A stretch of DNA of 47,897 bases from an uncultured Mycoplasmatota bacterium (lineage in GTDB: Bacteria > Bacillota_I > Bacilli_A > RF39 > UBA660), in the NCBI GenBank assembly GCA_900552975.1, contig UWSL01000001.1:1-47897 (forward strand), written 5' to 3'. Under the pieces are notes generated by a model. It was not told where the DNA came from and did not search any database. It worked only from the letters and a program-made list of their open reading frames with translations. How positions within the stretch are numbered: the first letter of the stretch is position 1; each line of letters starts with the position of its first letter. The position numbers were made by a program, and so were the translations under genes. Positions 24,822 through 36,782 of this stretch are shown here, piece by piece.

Positions 24822-26995
24822 TAACTTATCTTCCTTACAACTTCCCTAACAAAACTTAAAGTACCAAGTTCTGTAATAAAAGCATTAAGTTGTTCAACAT
24901 TTTCTGTTTTTATAGTAACTGCATATTTTGTAAAATCAGGTTCTTCTATTGTATTAATTGATTCAATATAAACATCTTTCTGAGAAGCTTTTGTAATAAT
25001 ATCAAGTAAATGATTTTTGCCTTTCAAGACTTTAATTTGTAAATCTGTTAAATAACTTGCTTGATTACTCATATTCCATTCAACATCAATTAAACGATTC
25101 GTTTCTTTAATATTATGACAAGATGCTTTATGAACTTGGACTCCGTTCCCCTTAGTTACATAACCAACAATAGCATCGCCTTTAACTGGTTTACAACATT
25201 TTGCAATTGTTACCAAAATATCATCCATTCCAGCAACAATAATATCACCTTTAATAGCTTTCTCTTTAGCTGGAATATTACTATTAACTCTTCCTAGATA
25301 GATATCCATAACATCTTTTTTATCACTATAAATTAAATTAATAATATAACCAGCCGTATATCTTAAAGAACCAATTGAAAGATAAATATCTTCTAAATCC
25401 ATTAAGTGAGCATCTGTACAAACCTTTTTAATATTTTCATCAGTTAAAACTTCATTAAAAGATAGTTTTCTTCTTCTAATTTCTTTTTCTAACATCTCTT
25501 TACCTAAATTAATATAATTTAAGCGATCTTGTTTACTAAAGAAAGATTTAATTTTACTCTTAGCTTGACTTGTTTTAACAAACTTTAACCAATCTTTATT
25601 TGGATTAGCTTCTTTGGCAGTATTAATTTTAACAATATCGCCATCCATCAATTCATGATCTAACGGAACAATTTGATCATTAACAATGGCGCCAATTGTT
25701 CTGTCTCCAACCCCACTATGAATACGATAAGCAAAATCAATTGGCGTAGAACCTTTTGGGAGCTCTAAGACATCTCCTTTTGGTGTAAAACAATAAATCA
25801 TTTCATTTAACATTTCATTATTTAAATTAACAGCAAATTCTGTATCTGTTGAAGCATTATTATTGGTTTCAATAATATTTCTAAACATTTCCAATTTTTG
25901 TTCCATCATACTTTGAATCTTAACAGAACCTTTTTCTTTATAAGACCAATGAGAAGCAATACCTTTTTCGGCTATTTCATCCATTTCATAAGTTCGTACT
26001 TGAACTTCAAACAAGTGACCATCTATGCCAAAAATTGTTGTATGCAAACTTTGATACATATTTTCTTTAGGCATTGCAATATAATCTTTAAAACGTTTTG
26101 GCATTGGACGATATTTTGAATGAATAAGACCAATTGTTAAATAACAATCTTGAACTGTATCAACAAAAACACGCAAAGCCAAAATATCATAAATATCACT
26201 AAAACGTTTTCCGTTATCCATTTTATTATACAAACTATGAACTGATTTAACACGGCCTTTAATTTTAAAATTAATTCCATTTTCCGTTAGAATATCTGAA
26301 ATACTTTGCTTCATTTCTGTTAGCAACTCATTTAATTCCTCACGCGAAGCATCTAACTTTTCCAAAATATCATTATATACATCTGGTTTTGTATATTTCA
26401 AACATAAATCTTCTAATTCACTCTTAACACTATTAATTCCTAAACGATGGGCAATAGGTATTAAAACAGTTATCGTTTCATTAGCTTTTTGTTTTTGTAC
26501 CTCTGGTGGTAATGCGTAAATTGTTCGCATATTATGTAAACGATCAGCTAATTTTATAAATAAAACACGTACATCCTCTGATAAACCAACTAAGACTTTT
26601 CTCAAATATTGAGCTGAAGAATCCTTATCATCAGCTAATTCCAGTTTATTAATCTTACTAATACTAGCGATAATTCTTTCAATTTCTTCGCCAAATTCTT
26701 CTTTAATTTCATCAAGCGTTGTATCACTATGATTTACCGTTTCATGTAGCAAAGCACAAGCAATAGTTATATAATCACAATTCAAATCCGTAACAATATT
26801 AGCAACTTCTAAAGGGTGTGTTATATAAAGATCTCCATTCAAACGTTTTTTATCTCCATGCTTTGCCAATGCAAAAGCATAAGCATGATTAATTACTTCT
26901 AATTCTTCATCATTTTTAATAACTTTAACCAATTTAGCATACAATTCATCATAAGTAATAGGTTTTTCATATCCAGTTTTTTCCATTTTGTTCAC
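24821..26995 (-). CDS. relA: Bifunctional (p)ppGpp synthetase/hydrolase (long RSH)
   Basis: 724 aa with an HD hydrolase domain (HPLEVA...HD-like LLHETV), a synthetase region (YRPMP..FKDYIA.PK.N.YQSLHT) and TGS and ACT-like C-terminal domains. Confidence 0.9.
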   Translation of the reverse strand: MNKMEKTGYEKPITYDELYAKLVKVIKNDEELEVINHAYAFALAKHGDKKRLNGDLYITHPLEVANIVTDLNCDYITIACALLHETVNHSDTTLDEIKEEFGEEIERIIASISKINKLELADDKDSSAQYLRKVLVGLSEDVRVLFIKLADRLHNMRTIYALPPEVQKQKANETITVLIPIAHRLGINSVKSELEDLCLKYTKPDVYNDILEKLDASREELNELLTEMKQSISDILTENGINFKIKGRVKSVHSLYNKMDNGKRFSDIYDILALRVFVDTVQDCYLTIGLIHSKYRPMPKRFKDYIAMPKENMYQSLHTTIFGIDGHLFEVQVRTYEMDEIAEKGIASHWSYKEKGSVKIQSMMEQKLEMFRNIIETNNNASTDTEFAVNLNNEMLNEMIYCFTPKGDVLELPKGSTPIDFAYRIHSGVGDRTIGAIVNDQIVPLDHELMDGDIVKINTAKEANPNKDWLKFVKTSQAKSKIKSFFSKQDRLNYINLGKEMLEKEIRRRKLSFNEVLTDENIKKVCTDAHLMDLEDIYLSIGSLRYTAGYIINLIYSDKKDVMDIYLGRVNSNIPAKEKAIKGDIIVAGMDDILVTIAKCCKPVKGDAIVGYVTKGNGVQVHKASCHNIKETNRLIDVEWNMSNQASYLTDLQIKVLKGKNHLLDIITKASQKDVYIESINTIEEPDFTKYAVTIKTENVEQLNAFITELGTLSFVREVVRKIS

Positions 26996-27004
26996 TCCTA
27001 TTTT

Positions 27005-27295
27005 TTATTTTTTTAATTTAGGTAATTCTATCGAATCTTCTTTATATTGATTAACTATTTTATTTCTATAGTATAAATCTATTAACTTATCCTCAGTATT
27101 TAAAATATCATCAACTATATCACACAAAGCTAACGCTTTTTTACCATTCCATTTTATTTCATTAACAGCATTCCATATATCATGTAAAGGAATATAACTA
27201 TAACCAAGCTTCGCCAATTCTTTCTTTTTACACTTTAAAGCTGGCGTAACTCGTAAATACAATTCTTCCGCTGAACCAAAATACAATTCATCCAT
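27005..27295 (-). CDS. ComN/YrzD-like post-transcriptional regulator family protein
   Basis: 96 aa with a W...L.L.DIVDDIL-type core. Its position next to a spoVB-like gene mirrors B. subtilis. The family assignment is from memory only. Confidence 0.45.
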   Translation of the reverse strand: MDELYFGSAEELYLRVTPALKCKKKELAKLGYSYIPLHDIWNAVNEIKWNGKKALALCDIVDDILNTEDKLIDLYYRNKIVNQYKEDSIELPKLKK

Positions 27296-27369
27296 AAAAT
27301 CACCCGAATAATCTATTTCCCAAGATAATTATATAACAAAAGGAAAAACTTATAAAGGAGAAAAGTTAA

Positions 27370-28656
27370 ATGAAAAGCACATTTTTTAAATCAACCCTTA
27401 TTTTATTAATAGGTGGCTTTTTTACTAAATTAATTGGTTTATTAGTCAAAATAACTTACACAAGAATAATTGGTACCGATGGTCTAGCTTTATATGCTTT
27501 AGTATCACCAACCTACTCTCTTTTAATTACACTAGCTAACTTTAACATGCAATTAGCTATCAGTAAAAAGATTAGTAGTGGTTCCCAAAGCAAACCTATC
27601 ATTATTAATGCATGTTACATTATGTTCTTTTTAAATACTATTTTAATTCTAACTACCTTCATTTTAAAAGACTTTATAAGTATAACACTTTTACATAACA
27701 AAGATACTTTATATCCTCTTCTTGCTTGTTCCTTAACTCTGCCTTTTATCTCTATCGGTTATATTATTAAAGGTTACTTTTATGGCAAACAAAAAATGAC
27801 GCCCCATATGATAAGTAACGTCATTGAACAAACCATTAAATTAATTATTCTTAACCTAGTCTTACCCTATGTTATAAAAAGAGGTATTATCGTAAGTGTA
27901 ACTGTCTTAATTTTAATAAACATTGTAACTGAAACAACTTCTATTATTGTCTTTCTTTTCTTTTTACCTAACCATATCAAAATAAAAAAAGAAGACTTAA
28001 AATATATTAAATCAACTAGTCAAGAAATTTTAAAAATAACAATTCCAACTATTAGTGGCCGCTTAATTGGTAATATTGGTTACTTTTTTGAACCAATTAT
28101 TTTAACCAAAGTCTTACTTCTTACTAATAATTCTATCGCTTATATCACTAAAGAATATGGTATTTATAATGCTTATTCTATTAGTTTATTATTGTTTCCA
28201 TCCTTTTTTATCAGTGCCATAAGTAACTCACTTTTACCAGAAATAAGTAAATTACATAGTACAAATAAACATACTCTAGTAAAAAAACGTATCAAGCAAG
28301 CTCTTCTATGTTCTTTAGGAGTTGGTCTAATTTGTACTATCTTTATCTACTATAATAGTTCTTTTCTCTTAGATAAACTTTATAAAACAAAAGAAGGTCT
28401 TAATTACATTAAAATTCTCGCTCCCTTCTTTATTCTCTTTTACTTAGAATCCCCTTTAACAAGTACTTTAATTGCTTTAAATAAAATAAAAACTTGTACC
28501 TTTATTTCTACAACTGGTATCTTTTTAAAATTAATTATTTTAGCTATTCTTGGTTTCCTTGGTTTTAAAATATATTCATTAATCTATGCTGAAATAATCA
28601 ATATCATCTATGTTACTTTCCTAGACTTCATTTTCTTAAGAAAAGCCCTCAAATAA
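27370..28656 (+). CDS. MOP-superfamily flippase (SpoVB/MurJ-like polysaccharide biosynthesis protein)
   Basis: 428 aa and polytopic (about 12 TM helices). The N-terminus LLIGGFFTKLIGLLVKITYTRIIGTDGLALY is typical of SpoVB/MurJ-like proteins. Confidence 0.7.
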   Translation: MKSTFFKSTLILLIGGFFTKLIGLLVKITYTRIIGTDGLALYALVSPTYSLLITLANFNMQLAISKKISSGSQSKPIIINACYIMFFLNTILILTTFILKDFISITLLHNKDTLYPLLACSLTLPFISIGYIIKGYFYGKQKMTPHMISNVIEQTIKLIILNLVLPYVIKRGIIVSVTVLILINIVTETTSIIVFLFFLPNHIKIKKEDLKYIKSTSQEILKITIPTISGRLIGNIGYFFEPIILTKVLLLTNNSIAYITKEYGIYNAYSISLLLFPSFFISAISNSLLPEISKLHSTNKHTLVKKRIKQALLCSLGVGLICTIFIYYNSSFLLDKLYKTKEGLNYIKILAPFFILFYLESPLTSTLIALNKIKTCTFISTTGIFLKLIILAILGFLGFKIYSLIYAEIINIIYVTFLDFIFLRKALK

Positions 28657-28657
28657 C

Positions 28658-29290
28658 TTAACTTTTCCTAATTACATAAATATGTTCTTTATTATAAAAA
28701 GCATAAAAAACATTTTTCAATTCTATCCCATTATGTTCTAAGTTTTTTCTTAACCAACTTTCAGTCTTGCCGATATTCATTAAAGTTTCTTTTTGAATCA
28801 CACCTTCTAAAACCAAAGACAACGGAATAGGTTTAGCTCTTTTTAATAAGTCATACTTAAAGATTGATAATTTTCCATTTGGTTCTAAGAAAGCATAATT
28901 AACATCTTCAATTGAATCAATTCCCCTTTGACGTAATTCTAAAAGTAAATCATCTAAGCTATACCTTTGACTAACCAAATTATTATAAATGAGCTTTCCC
29001 TGGTTTATTATAATAGTTGGTTTCCCACCAAATAAACGATTAAATTTCCTTGATTTAACACTAACAAATCCTAAAACAAGTTCAACTGCGACTAAAAGAG
29101 CAATTGGAACGATCGTCAAAAAAATATTATCTTTATAATTTTCTATACTTATAGCCACCAATTCAGCCACTAAGATTGAAACTATTAAATCAATTATTCC
29201 TAATTGTCCAACTTCTCTTTTGCCCATTATACGATACGCAAAAGCAATAAAGAAATAAAAGAAAAGAGTTCGAAAAATGATTTGTCCCAT
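28658..29290 (-). CDS. DUF421 (YetF-like) membrane protein
   Basis: 210 aa. It has an N-terminal membrane part with RIMGKREVGQL and a soluble C-terminal domain (LSQRYSLDDLLLELRQRGI). Confidence 0.65.
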   Translation of the reverse strand: MGQIIFRTLFFYFFIAFAYRIMGKREVGQLGIIDLIVSILVAELVAISIENYKDNIFLTIVPIALLVAVELVLGFVSVKSRKFNRLFGGKPTIIINQGKLIYNNLVSQRYSLDDLLLELRQRGIDSIEDVNYAFLEPNGKLSIFKYDLLKRAKPIPLSLVLEGVIQKETLMNIGKTESWLRKNLEHNGIELKNVFYAFYNKEHIYVIRKS

Positions 29291-29359
29291 TTTATAATCA
29301 CCTATTTTTATTATGGTAATATTTTTTTATTTTAAACATAAGAATTATTAGGTGATCAT

Positions 29360-29722
29360 ATGAAATATTTAAAAAAAATAAAATTCCTTTTACCTTTTGT
29401 TATTTTTATCTTAATTTTTACGCTCTTTTTAAGTTTAATTAACTTCATCATTCCTCAAAGTATTAACTTAAACAAAATATTAATTCTAATTTGCTTTAAC
29501 TTATATCTTCTTATTTACAATATCAATGTTGGAAAAACTTTAGAAAATAACGCTTATTTAAATGGTCTTAAAGTAAGTGGTATTACCATTCTTATTTTAT
29601 ACCTCATAGGAAGTCTTCTTACTTCATTCAAAATATCCATAGCTCGTTTAATTTATTATTTAATTATTTCTTTAAGTATAATTTTAGGAAATGTTATTGG
29701 TATCAATAAAAAAAGGTCATAA
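29360..29722 (+). CDS. Small polytopic membrane protein (YrzE/TIGR04086-like by size and position)
   Basis: 120 aa with 4 hydrophobic helices. The family guess rests on synteny with the spoVB-like gene. Confidence 0.45.
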   Translation: MKYLKKIKFLLPFVIFILIFTLFLSLINFIIPQSINLNKILILICFNLYLLIYNINVGKTLENNAYLNGLKVSGITILILYLIGSLLTSFKISIARLIYYLIISLSIILGNVIGINKKRS

Positions 29723-29724
29723 AA

Positions 29725-29744
29725 AAAACAGAATAATCTGTTTT
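29725..29744. terminator. Short bidirectional terminator hairpin
   Basis: aaaacag-aataat-ctgtttt between two convergent genes. Confidence 0.4.
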
Positions 29745-30638
29745 TTAATTCTTTAAATAATCTAATATTTTATTAATTTCTTCTTCAGTTAATGAAACAT
29801 CTTCACCAACTAAACCAATTACTGGTCTTAAACCATCTTCACTATGGAAATCAGAACCAATAGTAGCTAATAGATTATGTTTTTTAGCAAATTCATTCCA
29901 TAAAGCACATTCATTAATTTTTTTATCATAGCGATCAACATAAACGTAATTAGCCTCAATAGCATCTATTCCCATCTCACGAACAACATTTTCTATGTCT
30001 TCTTCTGTTACACCATCTTCATATTTATAAGCAACTGGATGTGCTAATACTACTTTTCCACCAGCAGCTCTTATTAAATCAGCAGCTTCTTTTGGTGAGA
30101 TAGATTCTTTTTTAGCATAAGCAGGGCATCCTTCATTCATAATAGTCTCAATAAATTCACCCTTACTTGGAATATGACCAAAATTATCTAAAAGTATTTT
30201 TTCATTTTGTGCATTACCAATAACATCTAACGCAATATGAGCCTTAGTAACCGCTTCAATTTTATCAAGTTCTGCAACATTAACTACATATCCTAAAGAT
30301 TCTAACTTGGTAGCTACATCATATAAATAATTATGACGAGCATTTTTTAACTTATCTAATCTTCCTCTAAACTCTTGATTATTTAAATCATAATTATAAC
30401 CTAAAACATGCATTCCACGTTTATTATATTTAGTTGATATTTCAACAGCAGGAATAAGTTCAATATTTTTTTCCTTAGCATAAGCAAATAACTCATCAGT
30501 ATAAGCATCAATTGTATCGTGATCAGCAATTGATAACACTGAAACATTATTTTTTACTGCTGTATCAATTACTTCTTTTGGTGTTAAAATTCCATCAGAT
30601 ACTGTTGTATGAATATGTAAATCTATTATTTTGTCCAT
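29745..30638 (-). CDS. PHP-domain phosphoesterase (TrpH/YciV, RNase AM-like)
   Basis: 297 aa with IDLHIHTTVSDG, SIADHDT and LAHP motifs of the PHP fold. Confidence 0.75.
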   Translation of the reverse strand: MDKIIDLHIHTTVSDGILTPKEVIDTAVKNNVSVLSIADHDTIDAYTDELFAYAKEKNIELIPAVEISTKYNKRGMHVLGYNYDLNNQEFRGRLDKLKNARHNYLYDVATKLESLGYVVNVAELDKIEAVTKAHIALDVIGNAQNEKILLDNFGHIPSKGEFIETIMNEGCPAYAKKESISPKEAADLIRAAGGKVVLAHPVAYKYEDGVTEEDIENVVREMGIDAIEANYVYVDRYDKKINECALWNEFAKKHNLLATIGSDFHSEDGLRPVIGLVGEDVSLTEEEINKILDYLKN

Positions 30639-31567
30639 TTATTAATCCTTCTTTCATAACTCTTTTTTAATTCAGGAGTTTCAAATCTTCTTTTTACTGA
30701 ATCTGGAGCAACTCTTCCCAACATTTCTTTTAAATCTTCTTCTGTAAAAGACTTATTTATCAAAGTTCTTGAATCTTGTAATTTTTGCATCAAAGATGGT
30801 GTCCAATTAAATGGTGTTAAACTATATAAATAATCTAAGATAAAATTATAAGCCATATCATCATGTTGCCAAGTTTTTCTTAAAGAAGTTGGATGAATAG
30901 GTAAATAAGGTACATTATCATTTTCAGCAACACCAAGCAAAGTAAATGGTACACTTTCTAATAATCCGGCCATTTTTGAATATTCAATAATATGAACATC
31001 CAAAGGTAAATAAATTTTAGGCATTTCACCTTTTTCAATTTTATTAGCTATTTCAGAAACTTTATTTACTGTCCCGACAGGATCAATATCTGAAGTATGC
31101 ATATCAAAAGCATTAAAAACTTCAATCATTTTCTTTTTAGCCGCCTCAACTTGCGTATCTTCACAAATCATCCACATATCAATATCTGGCAAACGATTAA
31201 CTACTTTACGCGGTTTAACCGAATCTTTAACCATTGGACAAGGTTTACATATTTGTTTTAAATCTGGCATTGTAGCACCTTTTTCTTTTAAACAATCTTC
31301 ACAAGGCCAAACATCATAATCAGCTGCTTCTTTAACTAGTTCATCATTATATCTTATTTGTTCTTGGATAACTGGTAAATTTCCTTGCATTCCATTATCT
31401 AAAGTATAAAATGGATAGCCTGTTCCAAATGATCCACAGTATCCTGGCATACGCTCCATAATATGATTAATCATTTCAATGTTTTTTATTATATATTGTT
31501 TTTTCAACTCCGTATTATTTTTTTCAAATATTGTTGACGCATTAGCTGCCTTTTCACATATATTCAT
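30626..31567 (-). CDS. Hypothetical protein with a CxxC-N16-CxxC cluster and a nucleotidyltransferase-like DxD strand
   Basis: 313 aa with CEDC...CKPC, RLPDIDMWMICED and LDVHIIEY. It overlaps the PHP gene by 13 nt. Confidence 0.5.
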   Translation of the reverse strand: MNICEKAANASTIFEKNNTELKKQYIIKNIEMINHIMERMPGYCGSFGTGYPFYTLDNGMQGNLPVIQEQIRYNDELVKEAADYDVWPCEDCLKEKGATMPDLKQICKPCPMVKDSVKPRKVVNRLPDIDMWMICEDTQVEAAKKKMIEVFNAFDMHTSDIDPVGTVNKVSEIANKIEKGEMPKIYLPLDVHIIEYSKMAGLLESVPFTLLGVAENDNVPYLPIHPTSLRKTWQHDDMAYNFILDYLYSLTPFNWTPSLMQKLQDSRTLINKSFTEEDLKEMLGRVAPDSVKRRFETPELKKSYERRINKWTK

Positions 31568-31643
31568 AAAAATCCCCCTCTTATTACCTAACTTATACCA
31601 TAAAATAATAAATTTGGCAAAAATATCTCTCTTTTAAAAAGAA

Positions 31644-32819
<1,176 letters not shown>

Positions 32820-32929
32820 TTATAACACATCTCTTTCAATAACACCCTTTAAAAAACATTTTTTATAGTGATTCTTGCTTTTTTTTCATAATAACGTATA
32901 ATAAAAGACAAAAAAAGGGGGATAAATTT

Positions 32930-33838
32930 ATGATCTATGGCACAAACGTTGATTACTTACGAAAAAAATTTTATGAACAAAGTAATACCTTTAACAATCT
33001 TCAAAGTATCAAACGCGAAACTATCGCCAAAATAAATGGTGATGTTGAAAGGTTAACTAATCTTTGGAAAAAAAGAACACTTCCAACTAATCCTTACGTT
33101 GAAGCGTTAAAAGTAGTTGCTCAACGACAAGGTGAATTTGCTAATTTTGATGAAAAGATCATCTTCTTAATAAAATGCGCTGACCCATCTTTAGAAGCTT
33201 TAAAAATTTATTTATCTTACAATATAAAAAATAGTAAAGAAATTGAGCAATTAGCTAATGGTGATTCTAACCTTAAAGAAAAATTATTAAAAGAGCGCTC
33301 TGAACTTGTCAAAAAATATCAAACTGAATTATTTGAGAAGATCGGTATCAATGATACCAGATTAGCTTTTTATGAACAATATTATAAAAGATTATTTGTT
33401 TCCAGACAAACCAAACAAAATCCTATAAAAAAAGATTATTCTCGTAATTTTTTCAAAGACGCTCAATCTATCGACAATTTCTCAATAAATCAAGAAAGAT
33501 TTACAGAAATAAAAGAAAAAGCTCTTCATTTTAAACATTTACTACCAGAAACTTATCAAAGTACCACTACTATTTATAAAATATTAGACTCTACTAGTGA
33601 GCTACAATTAAAAACAAAAGAAGAAGCTTACATTTTCTTTATTCTTACCTGTGATGAGGCTCTTACTACTTTACGAATCTTTGAAGAAGAAGCAACTTGG
33701 TCTAAAATAGAAGAAAGATGTTTAGAAGAACTATCTTTCTTCTATAAAGAACTACCTAGGTTAGAAAAATTATATTATTATCAATATGCACCTGAATTAG
33801 AAATAAGTCCATGGTTATCTAAAAAGAGTAATAACTAA
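32930..33838 (+). CDS. Hypothetical helical protein
   Basis: 302-aa ORF with RBS GGGGGA. No motif recognised. It separates tgt from queA. Confidence 0.5.
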   Translation: MIYGTNVDYLRKKFYEQSNTFNNLQSIKRETIAKINGDVERLTNLWKKRTLPTNPYVEALKVVAQRQGEFANFDEKIIFLIKCADPSLEALKIYLSYNIKNSKEIEQLANGDSNLKEKLLKERSELVKKYQTELFEKIGINDTRLAFYEQYYKRLFVSRQTKQNPIKKDYSRNFFKDAQSIDNFSINQERFTEIKEKALHFKHLLPETYQSTTTIYKILDSTSELQLKTKEEAYIFFILTCDEALTTLRIFEEEATWSKIEERCLEELSFFYKELPRLEKLYYYQYAPELEISPWLSKKSNN

Positions 33839-33855
33839 TCCGTTATTACTCTTTT
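33825..33855. terminator. Bidirectional terminator
   Basis: An 11-bp stem agagtaataac / gttattactct with flanking A and T runs, between two convergent genes. Confidence 0.6.
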
Positions 33856-34897
33856 ATAATTCATTATCTGTTATAAACATTGCATCGCCAAAACTAAAGA
33901 AACGATATTTATTAGCAATAGCTTCTTGATAAGCTTGCAAAATATTTTCGCGACCGGCCAAGGCTGAAACTAACATAACTAAAGTTGATTTTGGTAAATG
34001 AAAATTAGTAATTAAACAATCTATTCCTTTAAAAGTATACCCAGGATAAATAAAAATATCGGTATTACCACTACAAGCAACAAAATGACCATCATTCTTA
34101 CTAGCAATAGTTTCTAAAGTACGCGTACTCGTTGTTCCCACTGCTATAATACGACGACCGTCTCTTTTAGCTTCATTCAAAATATTAGCCGTCTTTTCAT
34201 CCATTACATAGAATTCACTATGCATATGATGTTCTAAAATATTTTCCACTTCAACAGGTCTAAAAGTTCCAAGTCCAACATGTAATGTTACAAAACACAC
34301 TATAACACCCATCTTTTCAATTTCTTTTAATAATTCTTCCGTAAAATGTAAACCTGCTGTTGGAGCAGCTGCACTACCAATATTTTTAGCATAAACAGTT
34401 TGATAACGATCCTTATTTTCTAATTTTTCATGAATATAAGGAGGCAATGGCATTGTTCCCAATTTATCTAGTATTTCCATTAAAATACCATCATAACTCA
34501 ATTTAACTTGAACCATACCTTCATCTAATTTTTTCGTAACGGTTGCTTTTAACATCCCATCACCAAAGCTAACAATTGTTCCTACCTTTAAACGCTTCGC
34601 TGGTCGTGATAAACATTCCCAAGTATCATTTCCAATATCTTTTAAAAGCAGTAATTCAATAACTGCACCTGTTTCTTCTTTTACACCAATTAAGCGTGCT
34701 GGAATAACCTTAGTATCATTTAAGACTAAAACATCACCTTTTTTTAAATAATTAACAATATTATAAAAATGTTCATGTTTTACTTTACCATTATTTTTAT
34801 TTAAGACTAATAAACGAGAACTACTGCGATCCTCAAGGGGCGTCTGTGCAATTAGTTCCTTCGGTAAATCATAATCAAATTCTTCAATATTCATCAA
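33854..34897 (-). CDS. queA: S-adenosylmethionine:tRNA ribosyltransferase-isomerase
   Basis: 347 aa with [19 protein letters not shown] and [11 protein letters not shown]-type motifs. Confidence 0.9.
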   Translation of the reverse strand: MMNIEEFDYDLPKELIAQTPLEDRSSSRLLVLNKNNGKVKHEHFYNIVNYLKKGDVLVLNDTKVIPARLIGVKEETGAVIELLLLKDIGNDTWECLSRPAKRLKVGTIVSFGDGMLKATVTKKLDEGMVQVKLSYDGILMEILDKLGTMPLPPYIHEKLENKDRYQTVYAKNIGSAAAPTAGLHFTEELLKEIEKMGVIVCFVTLHVGLGTFRPVEVENILEHHMHSEFYVMDEKTANILNEAKRDGRRIIAVGTTSTRTLETIASKNDGHFVACSGNTDIFIYPGYTFKGIDCLITNFHLPKSTLVMLVSALAGRENILQAYQEAIANKYRFFSFGDAMFITDNEL

Positions 34898-34958
34898 ATC
34901 ACCTCAATATCAACCATCATAACACTTTCTTAAACAATTGCAAAGTTAATTTACTCAC

Positions 34959-36782
34959 TTAAGTAAGTAATGATTCTTCATCTATTTTCCCATCTAAATC
35001 TTCATTTTTATATTCTTCTTTTTGAATTAAAAACTCATGCAAATTAAAAGCTACTTGTTCAGGTAAAATTTCTTCTAGCTCTTCAAGAGAAGCTTTTTTT
35101 ATTTTACTAACACTACCAAATTTCTTTATTAAAGCTTTCTTTCGAACAGCTCCTATTCCCTCTATTTCGTCTAAAACACTGCTAATACTTCCTTTACTTC
35201 GTAAGGTACGATGATAATTTATCGTAAAGCGATGGACCTCATCTTGCATCCTTGTTAAATAATGAAAGACATTGCTTGTTCGATCAAGTTCAATTACATT
35301 CAAATCAGTATTTAACAAATCATTAGTTCGATGATGATCATTTTTCTTTAAACCAACAACCCTAATCGTTAAATGTAAAAGCTCTAATACTTCCATCGCT
35401 GCTCTAATTTGATTTTCCCCACCATCAACAATTATCAAATCAGGTAACATTGTTTTTTCAACCATCGCTCTTTGATAACGGCGATAAATAATTTCTTTCA
35501 TTGTATTATAGTCATCATTAACATCTACTGATACTTTATACTTACGATATTCATTACGAGCCGGTTTACCATCAATAAAGACAACCATTCCCGAAACAGC
35601 AAAAGTTCCGAAGAGATTCGAATTATCAAAAACATCAATCCTATATATTGAGTCCATTCCTAATATGTTGGCTAATTCTTCATTAGCAATAGTTGTTCGT
35701 TTTTCATCTTTAACAATCTCTTCAAACTTATTATGTAAATTCAATTTAGCATTATCATAAGCCATTTTAACTAAGTCTTTCTTAACTCCTTTTAAAGGTG
35801 CCAAGATATTTGTCTTAACAACACTCTTAATATTCTCAACATTCAAATCATCCGGTACTAAGATTTCCTTAGGAACCTCATTTTTCATATAAAATCCTGC
35901 AATAAAATATTCCACTTCATCTAAAACATCTAAATTAAGAGGAAATATAACATTCTTATGGTTTAGTAATTTACCATTTCTAATAAACAAGATTTCAATC
36001 GAAAGATACCCATTATCAACATAATAACTTATAACATCACGGTCAACAAAATCATGTAATTCAACCTTTTGCTTGGCTAAAACAATATCAATATATTCTA
36101 ATTCTTTTTTTAATTCCAAAGCCATTTCAAAGTTTAAATTCTCACTATAAAAGTTAATTTTTTCCATTATTTTATCTTGTAAGAAACTCGTCTTACCATG
36201 TAAAAAATCTAATATTTCTTGTTCCATCTGCATAACTTTTTCGTTATCTACTCGTTTACTACAATATCCTAAACATTCTCCAATATGGTAATATAAACAA
36301 ACATCTTTAGGTGATCCTTCACACTTTTTTAAAGGATACAATCTATTTAATAAATTAACAATTCTTCGCGCTGCATAAGCATTTGGATAGGGTCCAAACA
36401 ACTTTTTATTATCTTTCTTTCTTATATTTAAATATCTTGATACTTTTAAACGTGGATAAGGTTTTGATATATATTCAATATATGGATAACTTTTATCATC
36501 CATTAACATAATATTATACTTTGGCTGAAATTTTTTAATTAAATTAATTTCAATTATAAAAGCTTCTAGTTCTGATGAAGCAACAATATATTGAAAATCA
36601 TCTATTAACGAAACCATTTTAGCTGTCTTACCAGTATGAACTCGATTAAAATAAGAAGAAACTCTCTTATGTAAATCTTTCGCTTTTCCAACATAAATAA
36701 TTACACCATTTTTATCTTTCATCTGATAAGAACCAGGTTTATGTGGTATCAAAGCTAATTTTTCTTTAAACTTCTGCTCCAT
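34959..36782 (-). CDS. uvrC: Excinuclease ABC subunit C
   Basis: 607 aa with an N-terminal GIY-YIG domain (GSYQMKD...VIIYVGKAKDL), the UvrBC-interaction region and a C-terminal (HhH)2. Confidence 0.9.
   Translation of the reverse strand: MEQKFKEKLALIPHKPGSYQMKDKNGVIIYVGKAKDLHKRVSSYFNRVHTGKTAKMVSLIDDFQYIVASSELEAFIIEINLIKKFQPKYNIMLMDDKSYPYIEYISKPYPRLKVSRYLNIRKKDNKKLFGPYPNAYAARRIVNLLNRLYPLKKCEGSPKDVCLYYHIGECLGYCSKRVDNEKVMQMEQEILDFLHGKTSFLQDKIMEKINFYSENLNFEMALELKKELEYIDIVLAKQKVELHDFVDRDVISYYVDNGYLSIEILFIRNGKLLNHKNVIFPLNLDVLDEVEYFIAGFYMKNEVPKEILVPDDLNVENIKSVVKTNILAPLKGVKKDLVKMAYDNAKLNLHNKFEEIVKDEKRTTIANEELANILGMDSIYRIDVFDNSNLFGTFAVSGMVVFIDGKPARNEYRKYKVSVDVNDDYNTMKEIIYRRYQRAMVEKTMLPDLIIVDGGENQIRAAMEVLELLHLTIRVVGLKKNDHHRTNDLLNTDLNVIELDRTSNVFHYLTRMQDEVHRFTINYHRTLRSKGSISSVLDEIEGIGAVRKKALIKKFGSVSKIKKASLEELEEILPEQVAFNLHEFLIQKEEYKNEDLDGKIDEESLLT

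Noticed and set aside
28650-28665. Convergent spoVB-like and DUF421 genes abut with a 1-nt gap and no terminator. This could point to an annotation or frameshift problem.
   Set aside because: Both ORFs are full-length and internally consistent, and convergent abutting stops are common in compact genomes. There is no evidence of a disrupted gene.
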